Below, in pieces: positions 1 to 10,346 of a stretch of 64,000 nucleotides of DNA. Source of the stretch: Erysipelotrichia bacterium (lineage in GTDB: Bacteria > Bacillota_I > Bacilli_A > Erysipelotrichales > Erysipelotrichaceae); assembly GCA_012520255.1 (NCBI GenBank), contig JAAYOQ010000002.1:1839-65838 (forward strand), given 5' to 3'. Numbering within the stretch: position 1 is the first letter of the stretch; each line of letters starts with the position of its first letter. Made by a program: the position numbers and the translations under genes. The notes under the pieces were generated by a model that was not told where the DNA came from, ran no database searches, and saw only the letters and a program-made list of their open reading frames with translations.

Positions 1-825
1 AAACCGATAGGGATAACATCACATGATGTTGTTGTTAAAGTAAGAAAGGCATTAAACCAAAAGAAAATTGGTCATACCGGGACTTTAGATCCAATAGCCG
101 ATGGTTTAATGATTTTAACTGTTGGCAAAGCCACTAAAATACTACCTTACCTGTCAGAACACTTTAAAGAATATATTTGTGAGATGAAACTTGGTCAAAG
201 AACTGATACATTAGATATAACCGGGATAATTTTAGAAGAAAAAGAAATAAATCATCAAACAAAGGAAGAATTAATTAATGTATTAAATAGCTTTTTAGGA
301 AAAACTTTACAGGTACCACCAATGTATTCGGCTAAAAAAGTTGATGGTCAGCCATTATATAAATTAGCTAGAAAAAATATTGAAATTGAAAGAAAAAGTT
401 GTGAAATTGAAATAAAAGAAATAGAATTGTTAAAATATACAGATGATAGTATTCTATTTAGAGTGTTATGTTCAACGGGTACTTATGTCAGGGTATTAAC
501 CCAAGATATTGCCGAAAAGACAGGTAATATTGCTGTTATGACAAAGTTAACCAGAACTAAAATTGACAAATTTAATTTGGATAATGCCTATACTTTAGAG
601 CAGATTGATGATGGAAAATATCAGCTTATTTCAACTTATGAAGTATTATCAGATTATAGATACATTGAACTAAAAGATTTAACCAGAATTTATCAAGGTC
701 AAAAAATGAAGTTTGATTTCTGTGAAGATGAAATTGTTATGATTACTCATAATAAGAAGGTTATAGCCGCATATCAGAGAAATGATGAAGATGGTTTATA
801 CTATTGTAAAAGAGGTTTATGGTAA
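1..825 (+). CDS. truB: tRNA pseudouridine(55) synthase TruB, 5'-truncated by the window edge
   Basis: Frame 1 is open from base 1 (KPIGITSHDVVVKVRKALNQKKIGHTGTLDPIADGLMIL...) and carries the TruB catalytic-Asp motif GHTGTLDP. The track ATG at 109 is therefore internal. ribF follows, which is the usual synteny. Confidence 0.9.
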   Translation, partial: KPIGITSHDVVVKVRKALNQKKIGHTGTLDPIADGLMILTVGKATKILPYLSEHFKEYICEMKLGQRTDTLDITGIILEEKEINHQTKEELINVLNSFLGKTLQVPPMYSAKKVDGQPLYKLARKNIEIERKSCEIEIKEIELLKYTDDSILFRVLCSTGTYVRVLTQDIAEKTGNIAVMTKLTRTKIDKFNLDNAYTLEQIDDGKYQLISTYEVLSDYRYIELKDLTRIYQGQKMKFDFCEDEIVMITHNKKVIAAYQRNDEDGLYYCKRGLW

Positions 826-1493
826 TGAAAAAAATAGCTTGTATAGGAAACTTCGATGGAGTTCACCTGGGACATCAACTGTTGATCAGTAGAGTAGTTG
901 AATTAGCAGATGATAAATTTATTCCAACTGTCATTACTTTTGATCCTGATCCGGAAACTATTTTTACCGGAAAAAACAGAAAATATTTAACAACATTAAA
1001 GCAAAAGAAAGAATACCTGTATAATTACGGAATTAAAGAAATAATTGTAATACCTTTTACTAAGGAAGTCAGTTATATAAGTAAAAATAAATTTATTGAA
1101 TTATTTTTAAATAATTTCAATTTAGACACCCTTGTTTGTGGAGAAGATTTCAGATTCGGTCATAGAGGTGAAGGAAGTTCGGATTATCTGATAAAAACTA
1201 ATACCAAAAATTTCAAAGTAGAAGTATTGGAACATGTTTTATATAATCATGAAAAGATAAGTTCAACTTTAATCAGTAATCTTATTAAAGAAGGAAATAT
1301 TAAATTAGCTGAACGATTGTTAAATCATGATTATATAATTGAAGCAACTATTTTAAATAAAGAAGTTATAACAGAAAATGTAATTCCATTACAAGGAGAA
1401 TTTAATGTTTCTATTAATCATGAAAAGAGCATATTAAAAGAAAATTTAATTGACCATCCAAATAAAAAAGATGTCAGTATTATATTTATATAA
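819..1493 (+). CDS. ribF: FMN adenylyltransferase (RibF N-terminal domain only; riboflavin-kinase domain missing or degenerate)
   Basis: The N-terminus IGNFDGVHLGHQ is the nucleotidyltransferase motif of RibF/RibC. The protein is only 224 aa and lacks the C-terminal kinase motifs. A second ATG at 825 has better spacing to the AGAGG at 811-815. Confidence 0.75.
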   Translation: MVMKKIACIGNFDGVHLGHQLLISRVVELADDKFIPTVITFDPDPETIFTGKNRKYLTTLKQKKEYLYNYGIKEIIVIPFTKEVSYISKNKFIELFLNNFNLDTLVCGEDFRFGHRGEGSSDYLIKTNTKNFKVEVLEHVLYNHEKISSTLISNLIKEGNIKLAERLLNHDYIIEATILNKEVITENVIPLQGEFNVSINHEKSILKENLIDHPNKKDVSIIFI

Positions 1494-1515
1494 AGTTTTA
1501 TTATCAATGCAAATG

Positions 1516-1524
1516 TGGTAAAAT
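1516..1524 (+). promoter_or_regulatory. Extended -10 promoter element (TGgTAAAAT) upstream of asp23-nusB
   Basis: tgtggtaaaat lies about 20 nt upstream of the GAGGTGA RBS (1532-1538) and the ATG at 1545. No good -35 was seen. Confidence 0.4.
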
Positions 1525-1544
1525 ACTATGTGAGGTGAATTTTT

Positions 1545-1871
1545 ATGGCTGATTATATCGTAGCAAAAAATCGTGAACAAAATATTGGTATTATTGGATT
1601 ATCAACAACTGTTTTTGAAGCAATTGCTGAGTATTCATTAGATGATATCAAAGGAATAAAAGTAATACCTGCTACCAGATTCAAAAGAAATGTAACATGT
1701 AAAGTTGAAGATGGAAAAATTAACATCAGTATGAACGTAAAAGTTAAAACTGGAAATAATGTCAATGAAATTTGTAGAAAAGTACAAAATCATATTATTA
1801 ATTGTATTTATAATATGACTGATTTTAATGATGTAATAATTAATATTGATGTCAAAGGTTTCTATATTTAA
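1545..1871 (+). CDS. Asp23/Gls24-family (alkaline shock) protein
   Basis: A 108-aa protein in the conserved position directly upstream of nusB (yqhY-like in Bacillus). The N-terminus IGIIGLSTTVFEAIAEYSLDDIKG is typical of the family. Confidence 0.7.
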   Translation: MADYIVAKNREQNIGIIGLSTTVFEAIAEYSLDDIKGIKVIPATRFKRNVTCKVEDGKINISMNVKVKTGNNVNEICRKVQNHIINCIYNMTDFNDVIINIDVKGFYI

Positions 1872-1876
1872 TTTTT

Positions 1877-2254
1877 ATGACCAGAAGAGAACAAAGAATT
1901 CGTATTATGAATTGTATTTATCAATATCTTTTAACTGCTAAAGAAATTGATGATATTTTAGAAGACAACATAGATATCAATGATAAGGAATCAATTGAAT
2001 TTATTGTTAACAATACTATTGGTGTAATTGGTGAACTTGATTCACTGATTAAACAGATTGAACCATTGTTAATTGACTATCGATTTAAAAGACTGGGATT
2101 TGTTGAACAAGCGCTTCTATTATTATCAACCTATCAGCTGAACTTAAAAGAAATTGATAAACCAATTATTATTAATGAAGCTATTGAAATAGCTAAACTG
2201 TATTGTGATGATGAGGCACCAAGATTCATCAATGGAGTGTTAGACAAAATATGA
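1877..2254 (+). CDS. nusB: Transcription antitermination factor NusB
   Basis: Size is 125 aa. It begins TRREQR and ends APRFINGVLDKI, both typical of NusB. Synteny is asp23-nusB-xseA. Confidence 0.85.
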   Translation: MTRREQRIRIMNCIYQYLLTAKEIDDILEDNIDINDKESIEFIVNNTIGVIGELDSLIKQIEPLLIDYRFKRLGFVEQALLLLSTYQLNLKEIDKPIIINEAIEIAKLYCDDEAPRFINGVLDKI

Positions 2255-3570
2255 TGAGAAAAAATATTTGGACTATTAGTCAATTGGTTGGTTACATCAA
2301 AAATGAGCTTTCTAATAATATTGCTTTAAAGAATATCAGTATCCAAGGTGAGATTGGAAATTTTACTAATCATTACTCAGGGCACTGGTATTTTACTTTA
2401 AAAGATAAAGATGCTCTTATTAACTGTGCGATGTTTAAAGGATACAATCAACATTGTTTATTTATTCCAAAAAATGGAGATAAATTAATAGTTACAGGCA
2501 GCATCAACGTTTTTGAAAAACAAGGCCAACTGCAGCTGATTGTTACAGCTATGAAAGAAGATGGCATAGGAAATTTTTATATTCAATTTGAGAAAATAAA
2601 GCGAAAACTGGAACCTTTAGGATATTTTGATGTCAAACATAAAAAAACAATACCTCAGTTTCCAAATGAAATAGCCATTATTACTGGAGCAAATACAGCC
2701 GCTTTGCAAGACATTTTAACAACTATATATAATCGATGGCCATTAGCCAAAACTACTGAAATACACGCTTTAGTGCAAGGACAGAAAGCAATTGAATCAA
2801 TTGTCTCAGCAATAAAGAAGGCCAATAATACTTCTGCTGATATAATAATTTTGGCCAGAGGTGGTGGCTCAATTGATGATTTGTGGTGTTTCAATGATGA
2901 AAGTATTGCTAAAGCTATATTCGAAAGTCAAAAACCTGTCATTACTGGTATTGGTCATGAAACAGATTTTACAATTGCTGATTTAGTTGCTGATTTCAGA
3001 GCTGCAACACCTACTGCAGCAGCTGCAAAAGCAACACCAGATTATCGAGAAATACTCAATATTATCAATAAATGTGAGAATATTATTGTTCAAACAATAA
3101 GCAATGATTTAAATAAATATAATCAGTTATTGGACTTTCACAAAAATAGACTGGAAAATTATCGAAATTCCATAATTAAGTATAAGGTTGAAATTGATAA
3201 TTTACTAAATATTGCTTTATTAAATTTAAAAAAGAAAAGTGAATTATTCAAACAGAATATCTCTAATCGAAAAATGATAATAGAGTTATCATTAAAATCA
3301 TTAATAAAATATAATAGTGATTATTTAGAAAATATAGCTGCTATGCTTATTAAATCAATTGATGATAAATTACATAAATGTAAAATTAATTTATCAAAAA
3401 GCATTGATTTGCTTGATTCATATTCGCCATTGAAAACTTTACAAAGAGGATATGTTATCAGCAGTCAAGACAATATTATATTAAAATCAATTAAAGATAT
3501 TGATTATTCTAAAAATATAGAAACAAGATTTATTGATGGAATTATTACATCAAAACCAGTAAAGGAGTAG
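2251..3570 (+). CDS. xseA: Exodeoxyribonuclease VII large subunit
   Basis: A 439-aa protein with an N-terminal OB-fold (ISIQGEIGNF...HWYFTLKD), then ARGGGSIDDLWCFNDE and GIGHETDFTIADLVAD. It overlaps nusB by ATGA and xseB follows. Confidence 0.9.
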   Translation: MMRKNIWTISQLVGYIKNELSNNIALKNISIQGEIGNFTNHYSGHWYFTLKDKDALINCAMFKGYNQHCLFIPKNGDKLIVTGSINVFEKQGQLQLIVTAMKEDGIGNFYIQFEKIKRKLEPLGYFDVKHKKTIPQFPNEIAIITGANTAALQDILTTIYNRWPLAKTTEIHALVQGQKAIESIVSAIKKANNTSADIIILARGGGSIDDLWCFNDESIAKAIFESQKPVITGIGHETDFTIADLVADFRAATPTAAAAKATPDYREILNIINKCENIIVQTISNDLNKYNQLLDFHKNRLENYRNSIIKYKVEIDNLLNIALLNLKKKSELFKQNISNRKMIIELSLKSLIKYNSDYLENIAAMLIKSIDDKLHKCKINLSKSIDLLDSYSPLKTLQRGYVISSQDNIILKSIKDIDYSKNIETRFIDGIITSKPVKE

Positions 3571-3573
3571 CAT

Positions 3574-3783
3574 ATGAATAAGGAATTAACATTTGAACAA
3601 GCATTTAAAAGATTAAATGAAATTACTGAAATAATTCAAAAAAATGATTGTACACTTGATGAAGGTTTTGCCTTATTTGAAGAAGGATTAAAACTTTCTC
3701 AATTTTGTAGTGAAAAACTATCTAATTTTGAAGAAAAATTTTCTGCCTTAATGAAGGAAAATGAAAATGAGATACCATTTTGA
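3574..3783 (+). CDS. xseB: Exodeoxyribonuclease VII small subunit
   Basis: A 69-aa helical protein (FEQAFKRLNEITEIIQ...LDEGFALFEEGLKLSQFC) immediately after xseA. Confidence 0.85.
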   Translation: MNKELTFEQAFKRLNEITEIIQKNDCTLDEGFALFEEGLKLSQFCSEKLSNFEEKFSALMKENENEIPF

Positions 3784-4603
3784 GAATTATCTTCAATCGT
3801 TGATTGCTGAAAACTACATTGTTGAAGAAGCTATGAATTATTCACTTTTAGCTCGAAGCAAGCGATTAAGGCCGCACTTACTACTGACAGTTTTAAAAGA
3901 TTTGGGCCTTGATTATAGTGAAGGTTTTTCATGCGCTGGTGCTATTGAGATGATTCATACCTATTCTTTAATTCATGATGATTTACCAGCTTTTGACAAT
4001 GATGACTATCGCAGAGGAAAATTAACAAATCATAAGATGTACAATGAACAGATTGCCATATTAGCCGGAGATGCTCTTTTAACTTTTGCTTTTGAAACAA
4101 TTGCCAAAGCTGATTACAGTGATGAAATTAAAGTTAAACTGATTAAATATATTTCTAATTATGCTGGTAAGGAAGGTATGATTAAAGGTCAGCAGTTTGA
4201 TATGGATTATGAAAATCAGGAAGTTGATATTGACCAGTTATCTGAAATGGAAATATTAAAAACTGGTAAATTGATTGCCTTACCATTAATTTGCGGACTG
4301 ATTATCGGCGAAAAGGAAGAGTATATTGAAACGTTTAATAAAATTGGTTTAAAATTAGGTCTAGCCTTTCAGATTCAAGATGATATCCTAGATATTACTT
4401 CTGATTTCAAACAGTTAGGAAAACAAACCCAATCAGATGAATATAATAAAAAGAGTACTTTTGTCACTCTGCTGGGTTTACAAAAAGCACAAAAAACATT
4501 TGAGATTATTTATAATGAAATTTATGAAATATTTGATCATCTGGAATTTAATTTTAAAGAAACAAAAAAACTAATTGCCTCAATGGAAAATAGAAACTGG
4601 TAA
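3761..4603 (+). CDS. ispA: Polyprenyl (geranyl/farnesyl) diphosphate synthase
   Basis: It has the first Asp-rich motif LIHDDLPAFDNDDYRRGK and the second, FQIQDDILD. It follows xseB as in Bacillus. Confidence 0.85.
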   Translation: MKMRYHFENYLQSLIAENYIVEEAMNYSLLARSKRLRPHLLLTVLKDLGLDYSEGFSCAGAIEMIHTYSLIHDDLPAFDNDDYRRGKLTNHKMYNEQIAILAGDALLTFAFETIAKADYSDEIKVKLIKYISNYAGKEGMIKGQQFDMDYENQEVDIDQLSEMEILKTGKLIALPLICGLIIGEKEEYIETFNKIGLKLGLAFQIQDDILDITSDFKQLGKQTQSDEYNKKSTFVTLLGLQKAQKTFEIIYNEIYEIFDHLEFNFKETKKLIASMENRNW

Positions 4604-4606
4604 TTT

Positions 4607-5335
4607 ATGAGATTGGATTTATACCTTGTTGAAAATAAATATTTCACTACCAGAAGCAAAGCTGCTTTAGCTATTAAAGAACAAAATGTCAAAGTTAATG
4701 ACAAAATAATAACTAAAGCTGGTTTTAATGTCTCGGAAGGTGATGTTATAAAAATCAAAGAGGATGTAAACCTGTTTGTCAGCAGAGGAGGATTAAAACT
4801 ACAAAAAGCTCTTCAATACTTTAATATCGATCTGAATAATAAGACAGTTTTAGACATTGGTGCCTCAACAGGAGGATTTACTGACTGCTGTTTAAAAAAT
4901 AAAGCTAAAAAAATTTATGCTTATGATGTCGGTCATTCTCAATTAGATCAATCTTTAATTGAGGATAGCAGAGTAGTAGCCAAAGAAAAGATTAACTGTC
5001 GTTACCTTACAAAAGAAGATTTTTGCGATACAATTGATTTTATCTGTATGGATGTTTCATTTATCAGTTGTACTAAAATGTTTAAGGCTATTTCAGATAT
5101 TTTAGATGTTGGTAAAGAAGCTGTTATTTTATTTAAACCTCAATTTGAAGTAGGCAGCAAACATCTAAATAGACAAGGTATTGTAATAGATGATAAAATA
5201 ATAGCAATCAGATTAAATGAAACTATTGATTATGCCAGTAAATTCGACCTTCATTTAATTGACAAAGTTATTTCGCCAATTAAAGGCGGTGATGGAAATA
5301 ACGAATACTTGTTATATTTCAAAAAAATCAATTAA
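4607..5335 (+). CDS. tlyA: TlyA-family rRNA 2'-O-methyltransferase (S4 domain plus FtsJ-like methyltransferase)
   Basis: The N-terminal S4 motif is RLDLYLVE...TRSKA...VKVN and the SAM-binding loop is VLDIGASTGGFTD. Its position between ispA and recN is conserved. Confidence 0.85.
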   Translation: MRLDLYLVENKYFTTRSKAALAIKEQNVKVNDKIITKAGFNVSEGDVIKIKEDVNLFVSRGGLKLQKALQYFNIDLNNKTVLDIGASTGGFTDCCLKNKAKKIYAYDVGHSQLDQSLIEDSRVVAKEKINCRYLTKEDFCDTIDFICMDVSFISCTKMFKAISDILDVGKEAVILFKPQFEVGSKHLNRQGIVIDDKIIAIRLNETIDYASKFDLHLIDKVISPIKGGDGNNEYLLYFKKIN

Positions 5336-5345
5336 AGGAGATTTC

Positions 5346-6995
5346 ATGTTAAACAGCTTATACATTAAAGACTTTATCTTAATAGATGAATTAAACATTG
5401 ATTTCAAAGATGATTTCAGTGTTTTTACTGGTGAAACAGGAGCTGGTAAAAGTATTTTTATTGATTGTATCGGTTGTTTAATCGGTAATCAGTTAAATGT
5501 ATCAATGATTAGAAAGAATTGTGAAAAAACAATAATTGAAGGTAGTTTTGAAGTCGATAATAATCTGAAAATTAAATTAAAAGAAGCTGGATATGATGAT
5601 GAACAATTTATTGTAACCAGAGAAATAAACACTGATGGTAGAAGTATAACAAGATTAAATCAAAGAGCTACTACTTTATCGTTTATTAAAGAGTGTTTAA
5701 CTGATTATGTTGATATTCATTGCCAGCATGATAATCAATACCTGTTGAATGACAAATATCATTTGACTTTATTGGATCAATATTGCCAGTTTGATGAAAA
5801 ACTGGAAAATTTAAATAATTTGTATAACAAATATAATAATTTAAAAAAAGAATATGAGAAGTTAACTTCGACCACTTTTAATGAAGCTCAATTAGAGTTT
5901 ATTGAATATCAGCTTAGAGAACTGGAAAATTTAGATATTACAGATATTGAAGAAGATGTAAAAATTCAAAATAAATTAAAAGCTATTTCAGAATTAGAAA
6001 AACAGCAAAAAACCATTGATGAAATGAAACATTTATTTACTGAAGATGGTATTTTAGATAAATTATACACATTCACAAAATTAGCTCATAATTTGTCCAA
6101 TTTTGATGATCTGCAGGAAAATATTGAAAATATAATTAATACTTATTATTCTATTGAAGATGATTATCAGACAATTGTAAATAAACTTGATTTTGATACT
6201 TCTTCTGCTGATGAAATAGATTTTTTAAATAGTCGTCTATTTGATTTACAAAGAGCAAAGCGAAAATATAATGCTTCTTTAAAGCAATTACTTGAAATAA
6301 AAGAAGATTTAGATAATCAAATCAAGGCTTACAATAACAAAGAAGCTGTTCTTGCTGAATTATTGAAGGAACAGAAACAAGCCTATAAAAAATATTATGA
6401 ATATGCTGTTGAAATTAGCAATATCAGAAAAAATAAGGCATTACAACTGACTAAAGAAATCTTACAGGAATTAAAAGATTTATCTTTAGAAAATGCTCAA
6501 TTTGAAGTATTGTTTGAACAAACAAACCCCACTTCTAAAGGTATTGATTCAGCAAAATTTATGATTTCAATGAACAGAGGTATGCCACTTCAACCATTAA
6601 ATAAAGTTGCTTCAGGTGGAGAGTTATCACGTTTGATGTTAGGTTTAAAGGTAATTTTTTCTAAACTTCAAGGTTCAAAATTAATTATTTTTGATGAAAT
6701 CGATGCTGGTGTCAGTGGCTATACAGCTTTAAATATTGGAGTCAAAATGGCAAAATTGGCTAAAGAGATTCAAGTGTTCAGTGTTACCCATTTACCTGGT
6801 GTAGCTGCCTGTGGAAAATACCATTATTTAATATGTAAATTAGAAACTGAAGATAGTACAAGTTCAATAGTAAAACAAATTAATGATGAAAAACGTATTG
6901 AACAATTAGCAATCCTGTCAAGTTCAACTGTTTCTAAAACAAGTATCAGTGCAGCAAAAGAACTATTAGAGAAGGCTCAGAAATTATGCAGGTAG
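5346..6995 (+). CDS. recN: DNA repair protein RecN
   Basis: It has the Walker A GETGAGKSI, a long coiled coil, the ABC signature SGGELSR and the Walker B IIFDEIDAG. I place the start at ATG 5346, preceded by GGAG. The track start at 5259 lies inside tlyA. Confidence 0.9.
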   Translation: MLNSLYIKDFILIDELNIDFKDDFSVFTGETGAGKSIFIDCIGCLIGNQLNVSMIRKNCEKTIIEGSFEVDNNLKIKLKEAGYDDEQFIVTREINTDGRSITRLNQRATTLSFIKECLTDYVDIHCQHDNQYLLNDKYHLTLLDQYCQFDEKLENLNNLYNKYNNLKKEYEKLTSTTFNEAQLEFIEYQLRELENLDITDIEEDVKIQNKLKAISELEKQQKTIDEMKHLFTEDGILDKLYTFTKLAHNLSNFDDLQENIENIINTYYSIEDDYQTIVNKLDFDTSSADEIDFLNSRLFDLQRAKRKYNASLKQLLEIKEDLDNQIKAYNNKEAVLAELLKEQKQAYKKYYEYAVEISNIRKNKALQLTKEILQELKDLSLENAQFEVLFEQTNPTSKGIDSAKFMISMNRGMPLQPLNKVASGGELSRLMLGLKVIFSKLQGSKLIIFDEIDAGVSGYTALNIGVKMAKLAKEIQVFSVTHLPGVAACGKYHYLICKLETEDSTSSIVKQINDEKRIEQLAILSSSTVSKTSISAAKELLEKAQKLCR

Positions 6996-7888
6996 AACAA
7001 GCAATTGAAAATTACCTTTATCATATTCGGGTAATTGAACAAAAACCTGTTTCGACAGTCAAATCTTATGCCAATGATTTAAAAAAATATCAGAACTACC
7101 TCAAAGAATTAAATATCAGTAATATCCAAGAGGTAGATAGTTTGATTCTAATGGACTTTATTACTTCAAACAATCATTTGGCTAAAAGTTCTCAAGCCCA
7201 CTTACTGACAGCAGTTAAAAATTTACACAACTATCTTTTGATAAATTATAATATCAGTAATGAAATTTGCAATTTTTCAATAAAAAGAAGCAAAACCAAT
7301 TTACCATCATTTCTATCGATAGATGAGGTTAAACGTATTTTAAACAGTTTTGATGAAACAGATGAAAAAGATCTGTTTGAAAGGTTATTGATTCAGTTGA
7401 TATTTGTAAGTGGAGCCAGAGTATCGGAAATCTGTGATTTAAATATTAAACAGGTAAATACTGTTCATAAAATATTAAGAATAATTGGAAAAGGAAATAG
7501 AGAAAGGATAGTACTGATCGATAATGATACTGCTGAAAGATTAGAGTATTATTATAATAATATTCGTGTCAACTGGTTAAAGGGAAAAGATAGCAACTAT
7601 TATTTTATCAATAAATTGGGAAATAAGGTAAACAGACAATATATTTATAAGATTATAAAACGAAAACAGCAGGAATTGGACATTAAAAAGGATATTTCAC
7701 CACATACATTCAGGCATTCATTTGCTACCCATTTATTAGATAGTGATGTTGATTTAAGAAGTGTTCAGGAGCTTTTAGGACACAGTGATATCTCAACAAC
7801 TCAAATATATACTCATATTCAGAAAAAACAATTAAAACAGGCTTATTCAAAGTTGAAAAGAGCAAGCAAGGAGATAGAAGATGAATAG
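6986..7888 (+). CDS. xerD: Tyrosine site-specific recombinase XerD
   Basis: The catalytic signature is ARVSE...[12 protein letters not shown]...[14 protein letters not shown]. It has the xerD-deoB synteny seen in Bacillus (ripX-drm). Confidence 0.85.
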   Translation: MQVEQAIENYLYHIRVIEQKPVSTVKSYANDLKKYQNYLKELNISNIQEVDSLILMDFITSNNHLAKSSQAHLLTAVKNLHNYLLINYNISNEICNFSIKRSKTNLPSFLSIDEVKRILNSFDETDEKDLFERLLIQLIFVSGARVSEICDLNIKQVNTVHKILRIIGKGNRERIVLIDNDTAERLEYYYNNIRVNWLKGKDSNYYFINKLGNKVNRQYIYKIIKRKQQELDIKKDISPHTFRHSFATHLLDSDVDLRSVQELLGHSDISTTQIYTHIQKKQLKQAYSKLKRASKEIEDE

Positions 7889-9062
7889 ATTTAAAAGAAT
7901 TTTTGTGATTGTTATGGATTCATTAGCGATAGGACAGGCTGCTGATGCCCATCTATATGGCGATGAAGGAGCTGATACGTTTGGAAATATTGCGAAAAAT
8001 TATCATTTACATATTCCAAATTTACAAAAATTAGGTATCAGCAACTTACATCCATTAAAAGGTGTCCAAAAAGTTGGCAATCCTTTAGGGTATTACAGTG
8101 TATTACACGAATCGAGTGTAGGCAAAGACACATTAACCGGTCATTGGGAGTTGATGGGTTTACATGTTGATACACCTTTTGTTGTCTTTACCGATACTGG
8201 TTTTCCTAAAGAGCTGATGGAAGAGTTAAAGACAAAAACAGGTCATGGATGGTTGGGCAATTATTCAGCAAGTGGAACTGAAATTATTAAAGAATTAGGA
8301 GAAGAACATATCAGTACAAAAAAAATGATTGTATATACTTCAGCTGATTCTGTTTTACAAATTGCCTGTCATGAACATTTCTTCGGTTTAGAAGAATTAT
8401 ACCGCTGTTGTGAAATAGCTCGAGAAATTACGATGAAACCACAGTGGAGGGTAGGGAGAATCATAGCCAGACCGTTTATTGGTGAGACAGCTGAAACATT
8501 CAAACGTACAGCCAATAGACACGATTATGCTATTGCGCCGTATGATGAGACAGTTTTAGATTTTTTAAAACAGGAAAACTATGATGTTATTTCTGTTGGA
8601 AAAATTAATGATATCTTTTCTGGATGTGGTATTACAGAAGCATTAAAATCGAAAAGTAATGCTGAGGGAATGGAAGTAACAATAAAGCAGACGGAGAAAG
8701 ATTTTACAGGTGTTTGTTTTACAAATCTGGTCGATTTTGATGCTTTATGGGGTCATAGAAGAAATGTTGAAGGTTATGCCAAAGAAATTGAAATATTTGA
8801 TCAATATCTTGGAGAATTAATGGAAAAAGTTAATGAAGATGATTTGATTATTTTAACTGCAGACCATGGCAATGATCCAACCTGGATTGGCACCGACCAT
8901 ACCAGAGAATCTGTACCGATGATTGCTTATAGCAAGTCATTTAAAAAATCCGGTAGATTGGAAGATGGAAAAACATTCGCAAATGTTGGAACTACAATTG
9001 CAGATAATTTTAATGTCCGATCAACTGGACATGGAAAATCTTATTTAGATAAATTGATATGA
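7881..9062 (+). CDS. deoB: Phosphopentomutase
   Basis: The N-terminus [10 protein letters not shown], then [13 protein letters not shown] and TADHGNDPT, are hallmark DeoB metal and phosphoserine motifs. Confidence 0.9.
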   Translation: MNRFKRIFVIVMDSLAIGQAADAHLYGDEGADTFGNIAKNYHLHIPNLQKLGISNLHPLKGVQKVGNPLGYYSVLHESSVGKDTLTGHWELMGLHVDTPFVVFTDTGFPKELMEELKTKTGHGWLGNYSASGTEIIKELGEEHISTKKMIVYTSADSVLQIACHEHFFGLEELYRCCEIAREITMKPQWRVGRIIARPFIGETAETFKRTANRHDYAIAPYDETVLDFLKQENYDVISVGKINDIFSGCGITEALKSKSNAEGMEVTIKQTEKDFTGVCFTNLVDFDALWGHRRNVEGYAKEIEIFDQYLGELMEKVNEDDLIILTADHGNDPTWIGTDHTRESVPMIAYSKSFKKSGRLEDGKTFANVGTTIADNFNVRSTGHGKSYLDKLI

Positions 9063-9712
9063 AAATGAAAGAAAAAAATGTTTTACAATTTTATGTCCTT
9101 TGCAATCGATTGAAAAATCTTATCCGTAGTGGCTGGATTGATTGGAATGTACAAAGAGATAGAATAGAATCAGTAGCTGAACACATCTATGGAACTCAAA
9201 TGCTGGCAATAGCTATGTATTCAGAGTTTAATTACGATTTAGACCTGTCAAAAGTTTTAAAAATGCTAGCTATACACGAATTAGAAGAAACTATTATTGG
9301 TGATTTAACTCCTTTTCATAAAGATGTTAAAAAGAAGCAAGAAATGGGTCACAAAGCCATTTTAAAGGCTTTAGAGCCACTTGCTGACAAGAAATATTGG
9401 ATAGATTTGATTATAGAATTTGACGCTAGAAAGACAAAAGAAGCAGTATTTGCATATAATTGTGATAAATTAGAATGTGACTTGCAATGTAAATTATATG
9501 ATGAGGAAAATTGTGTAGATTTAAGCGATCAAAAATATAATCAGATTATTGAAAATGAGAATATTAAACATTTATTAGATGAAAACAACAGTTGGTCACA
9601 AATGTGGATTAAAAATGATTTAAATTTAATTGATTTTGATGAAAACTTTAAAAAAGTTAATGAATTTGCGATTAAAAATCAAATAAGTAATTTAATAAAT
9701 AAAGAAGAGTAG
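9059..9712 (+). CDS. HD-domain phosphohydrolase (YfbR/HDDC2-like 5'-deoxynucleotidase)
   Basis: The HD motif is SVAEHIYG...[15 protein letters not shown]. It is coupled to deoB by an ATGA overlap, which fits nucleotide salvage. Confidence 0.7.
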   Translation: MKMKEKNVLQFYVLCNRLKNLIRSGWIDWNVQRDRIESVAEHIYGTQMLAIAMYSEFNYDLDLSKVLKMLAIHELEETIIGDLTPFHKDVKKKQEMGHKAILKALEPLADKKYWIDLIIEFDARKTKEAVFAYNCDKLECDLQCKLYDEENCVDLSDQKYNQIIENENIKHLLDENNSWSQMWIKNDLNLIDFDENFKKVNEFAIKNQISNLINKEE

Positions 9713-9722
9713 AGGTAAAGTA

Positions 9723-10346
9723 ATGAATATACTAAAACTATTTAGAAAGAAAAAATATTCCAGCATAAAGGAATATATTAGAGAAAAAGTAGGAAATATT
9801 CACTTGTCAATTCCTTCACAAAGTTTAGATGATTTAGATATCGAAGTATTAATAATAGAACCTACCAAAAATAAACCCTATTTTACTTTAATTACAGATG
9901 GATTATCAAATTATCAATTAAAACCACCTGGAAATTTAGAAACTAATTTATTTTGCGAGTTGGTAATATATTTGCCAGAATACTGGAAAGTTTTAAATCC
10001 TAATATCAATTTCTATTGGCCGATTAAATCTTTATTTCAATCAGCATATAAGATAGTTAACAACTATGGCTGGGTTGCATTTTCTTCAATAATTTCTCTA
10101 GATCAGAAAGTTTCTGATAATAGCAGCTATAATGGATTTATTTTAATTTCAGGAGTTGATGATGAAGTTCTTATAGCACAAAAAAATATTACATTTTATT
10201 CTTTGATTCCTGTTTATAATGAAGAAATATCGTTTGCCAAACAGCATGGAGGAGAAAAACTGTTTAACGAATTTGTTGAAAATGGGTTAGTTTTTCCTCC
10301 AATTGTTAATATAAATCGAAATAACAGTAAGAAAGACTTCTTTTAA
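9723..10346 (+). CDS. Hypothetical protein, probable SUFU-like (suppressor-of-fused) domain
   Basis: Size is 207 aa. The pattern KPYFTLITDGLSNY...ELVIYLPEYW...WPIKSLFQ...FYSLIPVYNEEISFAKQHGGEKLF matches my memory of bacterial SUFU-family proteins. This was not verified by a search. Confidence 0.45.
   Translation: MNILKLFRKKKYSSIKEYIREKVGNIHLSIPSQSLDDLDIEVLIIEPTKNKPYFTLITDGLSNYQLKPPGNLETNLFCELVIYLPEYWKVLNPNINFYWPIKSLFQSAYKIVNNYGWVAFSSIISLDQKVSDNSSYNGFILISGVDDEVLIAQKNITFYSLIPVYNEEISFAKQHGGEKLFNEFVENGLVFPPIVNINRNNSKKDFF

Noticed and set aside
1553-1765. Other nested or antisense track ORFs. Examples are 1553-1765, 2655-2894, 4537-4758, 12625-12855, 17271-17630, 22103-22408, 30862-31206, 43512-43775, 48711-48941 and 53748-53984
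   Set aside because: Each lies wholly within a well-supported conserved gene and shows hydrophobic or low-complexity composition typical of AT-rich off-frame translation. None has an RBS or a family motif.
5259-5345. N-terminal extensions in the ORF track. Examples are recN from 5259, ftsY from 19460, cls from 28593, dxr from 30846, frr from 32829, miaB from 38959, recA from 43354, sepF from 57350 and the ABC genes from 57452 and 58074
   Set aside because: These upstream starts are mostly TTG or GTG codons, or ATGs lying inside the preceding gene or on top of the Shine-Dalgarno sequence. A downstream ATG with a well-spaced GGAGG-type RBS or an ATGA stop-start overlap fits better in each case.
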